A DNA stretch of 35,884 nt. Source: a virus (taxonomy: Duplodnaviria; Caudoviricetes). This document shows, one piece after another, positions 9,328-15,863 of the stretch. The DNA lies in the IMG/VR virus record IMGVR_UViG_3300002092_000107, positions 1 through 35,884 of that record. One strand, written 5' to 3'. The notes under the pieces were generated by a model. It saw only the letters and a program-made list of their open reading frames with translations. It was not told the DNA's origin and searched no databases. Position numbers and translations under genes: made by a program. Each line of letters begins with the position of its first letter. Position 1 is the stretch's first letter.

Positions 9328-9525
9328 TGGATCCTCCACGGTCATATCCTCCAATAGAGTTCTAAGATTGCCTCTACATAGGCGCGGGTGAAGCTGCTCA
9401 ACTCGCTATATTCCATGGCTTAGCCCTCCTCTTTATTCGGCCATGTGTCGCCATAAAGCACACGTCCTCTAAAGTCTTCGTTACATTTTTAAGCGTGGTG
9501 TTGCTCATAGCTGATTCCTTTCATG

Positions 9526-9774
9526 TTAGTTGAGATGTTGCATGACAAGTTTTTGGCAATCAGGCGGTAAGTCTTCAAAGTCGATCCGCCGTCCTAAATG
9601 TCGCCCTGGCATAGCGGTGCAATGCTGGCCGAATCCTTGCGGCGAAAACGGATTTTTACTCATGCCAAGCGCGGCGAATGTTTCTCCATTGCGCTCTGGT
9701 TGATCCATAAAAATAACAGTGAAACGGTCAAAAGATTTTCCGCCAGCGTCATATATGCGAATTGATCCACTCAT
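9526..9774 (-). CDS. Small early phage protein
   Basis: IRIYDAGGKSFDRFTV..LGRRIDFEDLPPDCQKLV; AAGGGTG RBS. Confidence 0.75.
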   Translation of the reverse strand: MSGSIRIYDAGGKSFDRFTVIFMDQPERNGETFAALGMSKNPFSPQGFGQHCTAMPGRHLGRRIDFEDLPPDCQKLVMQHLN

Positions 9775-9796
9775 GGTTGCACCCTTTTGTTAAGTT

Positions 9797-9854
9797 GCTG
9801 ATCTCGTCAGGTGACGCATAACGCCACGACGCCCGGAGGCGTTTCGATCTTAGC
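9797..9854 (-). ncRNA. Type II hammerhead ribozyme
   Basis: Minus strand: GAUC-GAA-ACGCC(UCCG)GGCGU-C-GUGGCG(UUAUG)CGUCAC-CUGACGA-GAUC. Complete CUGANGA/GAAA/GUC core with stems I-III. Confidence 0.9.
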
Positions 9855-10369
9855 CAAAGCGCCGCCCCATGGCCGTGAAGGTGTAGCCGTTTGCCTCTGC
9901 AAATTCGGCTAGATGTTCAATGCTGCAAAGATATTCGCATTCACTTTCCAGTATGTCGATATAAGCCTTGCGCAGCGCCTTCAAAAAATCGTTGTCGATC
10001 TCCTCGCGCTTGTCTTCCCAAGTGTTGCGCTCCTCGCTTCCGTCTTCCGCGTCACAGGCGGGGCCGATAACGTCTAACTTGCGCAAATAATCATGCGCGG
10101 CTTTATAGGTTGCGCAGTCTTTGCCATGATTGCCCGTTATCGTTTCGGCCACTTCCGGCGCGGAAGTAATAAATTCGGCGCTTATTGTTTTGGGGTACAG
10201 GTCAAAGGCTGTTATTTTAAGCCCCACGTCTTTCGCGTCCTGATAGGTGTTTATCCCACCATCCGTGGTCTGTGACGGCTTCCTGTAGCCATTCCCGCGC
10301 GGCGGCTTTCGCCGTTTCGGTTGGCAATTCGTGATACTCATAAACTGTTGTGATGATGTCTTTCGGCAT
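9850..10369 (-). pseudogene. Early phage protein split by an apparent 1-nt insertion (or sequencing error)
   Basis: ATG 10369 with RBS gives MPKDIITTVYEYHELP..GWWD; the downstream frame continues TYQDAKDVG..EYLCS..EANGYTFT. Removing one A at 10250-10252 fuses them. Confidence 0.7.
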
Positions 10370-10396
10370 GATTGCACCTTTTCGAGTTGTGGGGGT

Positions 10397-10615
10397 TTAA
10401 TGCTTTGGCTTGTGCGGCGGCGCAAGGGAAGGCAGGGGCACCGTTAAGTCCGGCGCGGCGTCTTTGTATTCAAACGCGCCGGTTGTGGCGTTGTACTGGC
10501 CGCATTGGTGACCTACGGCGGCTTTGTGGCCATCAAGGGTTAGCGCGGTGTAGGTTGCGGCGTTTGTCGCGGCGGTAAAGGCGAGACAAAGGCATATGAA
10601 TTTAAGGCGTGTCAT
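10397..10615 (-). CDS. Small protein with N-terminal signal/membrane segment
   Basis: MTRLKFICLCLAFTAATNA; GAGGTG RBS. Confidence 0.6.
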   Translation of the reverse strand: MTRLKFICLCLAFTAATNAATYTALTLDGHKAAVGHQCGQYNATTGAFEYKDAAPDLTVPLPSLAPPHKPKH

Positions 10616-10665
10616 GATTGCACCTCTTTCACTGCGTAGGTTACTCTTAGGGGTTAAGTTAGCTC

Positions 10666-10896
10666 TTAGGCATATTTCTTCACTTGATCCCGGAATCCTG
10701 CCGGGAGTCGTTTCTTAAGCTTAATAAAGCCGGTTCTTTCCGAGATATCTAAAATACCGGCTTCATGCATGGCTCTAAAGACTTCCTGAATATCCGGCTT
10801 CCAGTCTTTGATCCCTAGCGCCAATGTGCCGCATTCCGCGAATAGCTTGGATACTTTGAGCCAGGCGATAGGGTAGATCGTGATTGTCTTTTCCAT
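10666..10896 (-). CDS. Hypothetical early protein
   Basis: GGGAGG RBS, 76 aa. Confidence 0.65.
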   Translation of the reverse strand: MEKTITIYPIAWLKVSKLFAECGTLALGIKDWKPDIQEVFRAMHEAGILDISERTGFIKLKKRLPAGFRDQVKKYA

Positions 10897-11061
10897 GATT
10901 AAGCCTCCCTATAAAATTTTGGGCATTCGTGGCCTTCCAGCGGCAACAGAAGCGTTTCGGGTAATCGTGATATATTGGTGGCAGCCATAGCGGGTGTACT
11001 CCGTTTGTGGTTAGAAGCCTCGTAACGTTTGCAGCGTTGCGGGGCTTGGTTTGTGAATAGC

Positions 11062-11090
11062 AATATAAACCAAGCCCTTTCACTTTGCAA
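11062..11090 (-). promoter_or_regulatory. Early sigma70-like promoter with A-rich UP element
   Basis: AAAATTACAAAAATAAACC-TTGCAA-17-TATATT. Confidence 0.65.
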
Positions 11091-11118
11091 GGTTTATTTT
11101 TGTAATTTTCTTGCTTTT

Positions 11119-11358
11119 TCACTTTGCATGGTTTTTAGCTATTTCTTCCAATGTTGTTATAACAGGCTCGTCAAGCTCCTCGGCCATGGTGTCTATTTTA
11201 AGCCAATAGTCACTATGCAATCGGCGCTTGCCATTTATCCACGCACTGACCAAGGGCTGACTAACAAGTAGATATTCGGCTAGCTTGGCTTGGCCATAAT
11301 GGGCTGCTAGCCTTATTAGAGCCTGTCTCCTAGTCATTTCAAACCGACTTACGGACAC
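11119..11358 (-). CDS. Cro-like HTH regulator
   Basis: GQAKLAEYLLVSQPLVSAWINGKR; AAAGGAG precedes GTG 11358 (ATG 11337 is an alternative start). Confidence 0.8.
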   Translation of the reverse strand: MSVSRFEMTRRQALIRLAAHYGQAKLAEYLLVSQPLVSAWINGKRRLHSDYWLKIDTMAEELDEPVITTLEEIAKNHAK

Positions 11359-11384
11359 TTTACACACTCCTTTGTCACGGGTAT

Positions 11385-11422
11385 TTATCACAGATTGTAA
11401 TAATTATCACAAATTGTGATAA
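11385..11422. promoter_or_regulatory. Tandem 19-bp palindromic operators, copy 1
   Basis: TTATCACAGATTGTAATAA + TTATCACAAATTGTGATAA directly upstream of the Cro-like gene; overlaps a minus-strand TTATCA-17-TACAAT. Confidence 0.7.
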
Positions 11423-11901
11423 AGTCAAGTGTGATTTTAGGCTATTTTTTGATTTTATCACAAAATGTGCAAGCATGCACTACGCTCAAGTGTTTGATAT
11501 TTAAGGATTAAGTGTGAGGCGTAGTACGTTTATTACAGAAGTCCGAGGGGACATATAGCTTATTAACTTTTTACTGGTTTACTACGCTGATCGTACTATC
11601 ATGCACTTTGAAGGGTGGTGTAGTCCAGCGAAGCCCAGAGAGAGGAAAGATTAACGCTACGTATATCCTATGTGACTTGTGTAATAAATGATACTATCAT
11701 GCAACTTGACTAGCTACTTTAGGCGCTAAACCCCTGAAATTCCACAAACTTTCAAGCTTGCACAGTCACTTTGCAAAAATCGTCGCTGACACACCTACAA
11801 GCCATTGATAACAATGGACAATTCATGCTTGCACGCTGAAAGTGCAATCATATAACAGTCATGTACTACGCCCCCTCATAGTGAGGTATTTTAGAGCGTA
11901 A

Positions 11902-11938
11902 TTATCACAGATTGTAATAATTATCACAATTTGTGATA
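11902..11938. repeat. Tandem palindromic operators, copy 2 (37-bp direct repeat of 11385-11421, 1 mismatch)
   Basis: TTATCACAGATTGTAATAATTATCACAATTTGTGATA. Confidence 0.8.
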
Positions 11939-12279
11939 TTACTATGCAAGCCTGTCAAGATGCTAGGTTGCATAGTGCTGGGGCGTCTAGCGTGTGAAGG
12001 TGTAGCGCCCCATAGTGAAGGGTCTACACCGCCGTGTCATGCACTATGCAATCGTATTAGGTGTTAGGTTGCAAAGTAAACAGTTTCAGCGATAATGTTT
12101 CAAACTCGGGGGACGGAGGGCCTCGGGGTGGGGGTTTTTAAATTTTGGCAGGTTTGCCAAAAAGTGCGGCCAATTTTTTAAAAAATTTTGGCGCTACAAA
12201 CTACACCCCTCACTTTGCACAGTCATAAATTTTGTGCCCCGACCAGACGGAAAGCCAGCCACAACACCCCACCATCGTC

Positions 12280-12308
12280 TTGCGTCTTGCAATTAACCTA
12301 TGTACACT
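12280..12308 (+). promoter_or_regulatory. Putative promoter of the structured RNA
   Basis: TTGCGT-17-TACACT; 7 nt separate the -10 from G12316. Confidence 0.5.
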
Positions 12309-12315
12309 CTCATTT

Positions 12316-12435
12316 GGAACCGGCTCGGCATCTCCTGCCGGGGTGGGGATCCCGGTGGCCGCACCCTGCCGGAGGTGAGACGCTAAAGGCGCGGCCCGCG
12401 CAAAGCTCACTGCCGATCCCAACAGGCCCGGTTCC
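12316..12435 (+). ncRNA. Unassigned ~120-nt structured RNA (three-way junction)
   Basis: Nested pairings GGAACCGG/CCGGUUCC, UCGGCA/UGCCGA, CUCC..GGGUG/CACCC..GGAG, GUGAG..GCGCG/CGCGC..CUCAC; GC-rich island followed by a U-rich tract. Confidence 0.65.
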
Positions 12436-12451
12436 TTGACTTTTTGTGTGC

Positions 12452-12480
12452 TTGCAAAATGTAAAATTACATGGCATAGT
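12452..12480 (+). promoter_or_regulatory. Putative late-operon promoter
   Basis: TTGCAA-17-CATAGT with ATGTAA-AA-TTACAT palindrome in the spacer. Confidence 0.5.
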
Positions 12481-12519
12481 GCCCGGACAATTTAACGCCT
12501 TCCACATTAGGAGATTACT

Positions 12520-12705
12520 ATGGCGCAAGAAACTCAACAACCCAGCACCGCAGCTCTGCGGGACAACGCAACCACGCTGCTTACTCAGTTAAACGTAATC
12601 CTGACACAAGTAAATGCCGCGCTAACTGGTTTGGCAATAAGTAACATTACGTTGTCGCCAACGATTGCAACCACAATCACCAGCATTGCCGCGCTCGGCG
12701 TATAG
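12520..12705 (+). CDS. Small helical protein (paralog 1)
   Basis: AGGAG RBS, 61 aa. Confidence 0.7.
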   Translation: MAQETQQPSTAALRDNATTLLTQLNVILTQVNAALTGLAISNITLSPTIATTITSIAALGV

Positions 12706-12713
12706 GAATTAAA

Positions 12714-12893
12714 ATGCCAGACCTTTCGGAAATGGTGCAAAACTGCCAAGCCGAGATCATTATGGCGCAACAACGACTAGCGCAATTAAACTTTGCGCTG
12801 GCAAATATCAATCTTGGTCCAATCACTCCGTCAACTGATTTTGGAATCCTCAATAGTCAGGTTATAGCGGTATTAACAACGCTGGATGTTTAG
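12714..12893 (+). CDS. Small helical protein (paralog 2), 59 aa, below the ORF-track cutoff
   Basis: MPDLSEMVQNCQAEIIMAQQRLAQLNFALANINLGPITPSTDFGILNSQVIAVLTTLDV; AGGA RBS. Confidence 0.7.
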   Translation: MPDLSEMVQNCQAEIIMAQQRLAQLNFALANINLGPITPSTDFGILNSQVIAVLTTLDV

Positions 12894-12902
12894 GAGCTAA
12901 AG

Positions 12903-13172
12903 ATGCCATCAATTGACACATCGCTGCCGGGGATCCACGTCACAACCTCGCAGCTTATAAAGGCCGGCAATGGAACGCTTCGTCGCGTCATTGTGAACTC
13001 ATCTACGAGTGGCACCTTGACGGTATATGACAGCATCACAGCCAGCGGTCTGGTGTTGCTCAATGCTTTCCCACTTACCGCCGGCGCAACGCCACAATTT
13101 GATCTGGCATTCCAAAACGGATGCTATTTCTCACTTGGTGGCACCGCCGACATCACAGCAATCTATTACTAA
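12903..13172 (+). CDS. Small beta-rich putative virion protein
   Basis: AGGAG RBS; IKAGNGTLRRVIVN..GTLTVYDS alternating beta pattern. Confidence 0.65.
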   Translation: MPSIDTSLPGIHVTTSQLIKAGNGTLRRVIVNSSTSGTLTVYDSITASGLVLLNAFPLTAGATPQFDLAFQNGCYFSLGGTADITAIYY

Positions 13173-13190
13173 ACCAACCGGAGGTGCGCC

Positions 13191-13667
13191 ATGGGTGTAG
13201 TCAACACAACGAAGTCGATCTTTGAAAAAGCAATGGGCCATCAGGCTGCGGCTCCTGAAGCCGAAGTGAAAATGCCCGAGCAACCTGCGCCTGACGAGAT
13301 CGGGCCGGATGAGGTCGAGGAAGACGAGCGCGACCGCGAGGGTAATACCGACCCGGGCACGAATGTTCCGGTCGAGGATCCTGAAGCCGCCGAGATCCGC
13401 CGCGCGGCGCTGCAACAGGCCGCTGACGACATCAACGCCGCAGCCTTGGCACAAGCTAAAATCGACGCTGAGCCGCGCACCGTTCCGGCACAAGCCATCA
13501 AAATCCAGTCGTTCAAGTACCTGACGATCGGCGCTAACAAAGGCATGTTCCACATCACCAGCACCGATAGCCTTGGCGCTACGTTTACGGAAACCGTCGA
13601 CGCGCCGCCCAACCTCACAGTGGCCGGCGTGGTCGAGTACCTCGAAGGCATCGCGTCAACCAAATGA
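13191..13667 (+). CDS. Hypothetical acidic protein
   Basis: GGAGGT RBS; ATGA-coupled to the KTSC gene. Confidence 0.7.
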   Translation: MGVVNTTKSIFEKAMGHQAAAPEAEVKMPEQPAPDEIGPDEVEEDERDREGNTDPGTNVPVEDPEAAEIRRAALQQAADDINAAALAQAKIDAEPRTVPAQAIKIQSFKYLTIGANKGMFHITSTDSLGATFTETVDAPPNLTVAGVVEYLEGIASTK

Positions 13668-13882
13668 TCCCGACAACGTGGTCTTCCGTTGACAGCAGCA
13701 ACGTCGACAGCATCAAGTACGACACCAACGGCAATAACTTGCACGTGCGGTTTAAAAACGGATCGGAATATATTTACGAGGGTGTAGAGCCGGAGCTTGT
13801 CGAGGGTTTGTACCACGCGAGTTCAGCCGGCAATTATTTGCGCGAGAACATCATCGGCACCTATACGCATCGCAAGGTGTAA
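13664..13882 (+). CDS. KTSC domain protein
   Basis: VDSSNVDSIKYD..LHVRFKNGSEYIYEGV..ASSAGNYLRENI. Confidence 0.9.
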   Translation: MIPTTWSSVDSSNVDSIKYDTNGNNLHVRFKNGSEYIYEGVEPELVEGLYHASSAGNYLRENIIGTYTHRKV

Positions 13883-13883
13883 C

Positions 13884-15863
13884 ATGGGTCAGCGCGAAGA
13901 ACTCCTCCGCGTATTCAACGAGGATCGCATCTATGCGCATGAGGTTTTGTTCGCGCACCGGCACAAGGATGTGACGCCGGAATTTCACAAGCAGACCCTG
14001 CAAAATTTTTATAGCCCGCACCCACTCGTTGCCGAAGAAGCTTTCCGTGGCGCGGCAAAATCAACACTGCTCGAAGAATATGTGATCCTCACCGCGCTGT
14101 TCCGCGAGTGCGTGTTCCCCATCTTTATTGGCAACGCCTATGGCATGGCGGTTGAACGTTTGACAGCGGTGAAACAAGAACTAACTAACAACGACGGGCT
14201 GATCGAGTTGTTCGGCGATCAGCATGGGCCGATCTGGTCTGAGGGTGAAATTGTCCTTGCCAACGGCATCAAGATCCAAGCGATCGGCGCACGCCAGTCC
14301 ATGCGCGGTGTCAAGCACAACGACCACCGGCCTGATCTCGCGCTCATTGACGATCTTGAAGACGAGGAGATGGTGTCGACCAAAGATGCCATCCTCAAAA
14401 ACAAACGCTGGTTCAACGGCACCATGCGCCCGGCGCTGGATCCCAAAGGCAAGATCCGCATGCTCGGCACGCCGCTGCATCCCGACGCGCTGATCGAGCA
14501 GGTGATGAAAAATCCTGACTGGATGACGCTGCGCTTCCCGATCTGCTACATCGACGACAAGGGTGTCGAGCAGTCGACATGGCCGGCACGCTTCCCGATG
14601 GAGTGGATCGCCAAACTGCGGCAGCAATATATCGAGGATGGTGCGCTGACCGAGTTCGAGCAGGAATACATGTGCCGGAGCGAAAGCGCCGCGCTCAAAC
14701 CTTTCAAGCCTGACATGATCCAAGTCGCGCCAGTGCGCACCACGTATCTTGCTAAAAAAATAATCGTTGACCCCGCAAGAACGGTTGACGAGAGGCGGTC
14801 GGCTCAGACAGGATATGTTGTCGAAAGCTGGATGGGTAACAAGCTCATCATGCACGAAGCTTTCGGGCGGTTCCATCGCCCTGATGAAATCGTCGATACA
14901 ATTTTCAAACTCGACGAGGAGTACAACCCTGTTGAGATCGCGGTCGAAGTCGATGGCTTGGAAGAATTTCTTATGCAGCCTCTGCGCAATGAGATGCTCA
15001 AGCGCGGGCGGGTTCTTCCAATTATTCCAGTGCGTGCGCCAAAAAATAAAGACGCTTTCATTACCGGGCTGCAACCGTTCTATATCGCAAAAGAAGTTAT
15101 CCACGCAAAATCTCTACCCGAGTTGGATGCTCAGCTTTTACAATTCCCGAAAGGGCGCAAAGACATTCTCAATGCTCAGGCATATGCGCTTCGCCTACGT
15201 TCAGGACAACCTGTGTACGAGGATTTTCAAGACGCGCACGTTGCCGAGGCGCTTGACATTGATGCCCGACGCCCTGCGTTTTTGGTCATGTCTGCTCGGC
15301 CTACTACAACGGGAGCGGCACTGGTGCAGCTTATCGACGGCACCGTTAGGATCTACAAAGATTGGATAGAAAATCGCACCCCGTTGGAATGCTTTAAAAA
15401 CATTCTCGACGACGCCACCCTCGTGGCCGCACGCAAGGTCGAGATCATCGTCCCCATGGAACAGTTTGAAAAATACACCGGCCATGGAATCCCGGGTGCC
15501 GCGCGACTGGCTCGGGCCGAAGTTAAGCCCGGGGCAATGGCTGTGACCTGCGAGGGCAACCTAAAAGATTATTTGAGCAAGACGGTACGCGGCGAACAGG
15601 CGCTGCTGATCGACATGGAGGCCCGGTGGGTTATCAACGCGTTCGCCGGCGGGTATGGGCGAAAGCTTAATACTCAAGGGGTTATATCGGACAAAGCCGA
15701 CGACAACCAATATCGCATAGTGATGGAAGCGATTGAGGCGTTCATCGGTTGGTTTGGCAATCTTAACGATAGCCGTGACAATGACCCAAATCGTCGGTAT
15801 GATACCACTAAGGACGGACGCCAGTTCCTGACCACCCTACCAGTAAGGCGACCACATGGCTGA
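13884..15863 (+). CDS. terL: Terminase large subunit with C-terminal extra domain
   Basis: FRGAAKST (Walker A), LALIDDLE (Walker B), LGTP, FEQEYM, IVDPA nuclease motif, FPKGRKDILNA. Start reassigned to ATG 13884. Confidence 0.92.
   Translation: MGQREELLRVFNEDRIYAHEVLFAHRHKDVTPEFHKQTLQNFYSPHPLVAEEAFRGAAKSTLLEEYVILTALFRECVFPIFIGNAYGMAVERLTAVKQELTNNDGLIELFGDQHGPIWSEGEIVLANGIKIQAIGARQSMRGVKHNDHRPDLALIDDLEDEEMVSTKDAILKNKRWFNGTMRPALDPKGKIRMLGTPLHPDALIEQVMKNPDWMTLRFPICYIDDKGVEQSTWPARFPMEWIAKLRQQYIEDGALTEFEQEYMCRSESAALKPFKPDMIQVAPVRTTYLAKKIIVDPARTVDERRSAQTGYVVESWMGNKLIMHEAFGRFHRPDEIVDTIFKLDEEYNPVEIAVEVDGLEEFLMQPLRNEMLKRGRVLPIIPVRAPKNKDAFITGLQPFYIAKEVIHAKSLPELDAQLLQFPKGRKDILNAQAYALRLRSGQPVYEDFQDAHVAEALDIDARRPAFLVMSARPTTTGAALVQLIDGTVRIYKDWIENRTPLECFKNILDDATLVAARKVEIIVPMEQFEKYTGHGIPGAARLARAEVKPGAMAVTCEGNLKDYLSKTVRGEQALLIDMEARWVINAFAGGYGRKLNTQGVISDKADDNQYRIVMEAIEAFIGWFGNLNDSRDNDPNRRYDTTKDGRQFLTTLPVRRPHG

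Noticed and set aside
10775-11122. 115-aa and 63-aa minus-strand ORFs
   Set aside because: They span the predicted promoter and hairpins and lack an RBS; only the internal 29-aa ORF has one.
12316-12435. tRNA, tRNA-Sec, SRP or Y RNA identity for the structured RNA
   Set aside because: No TTCRA T-loop or NCCA end, no SRP helix-8 motif, no Y-RNA bulged-helix sequence, and no Ro60 gene.
12188-12540. ORF-track ORFs over the structured RNA region
   Set aside because: No convincing RBS or protein-like composition; better explained as a GC-rich structured RNA.
14181-15104. 307-aa antisense ORF within terL; similar ones at 17248-18270, 27870-28559 and 28893-29633
   Set aside because: Shadow ORFs of codon-biased sense genes; no recognisable domains.
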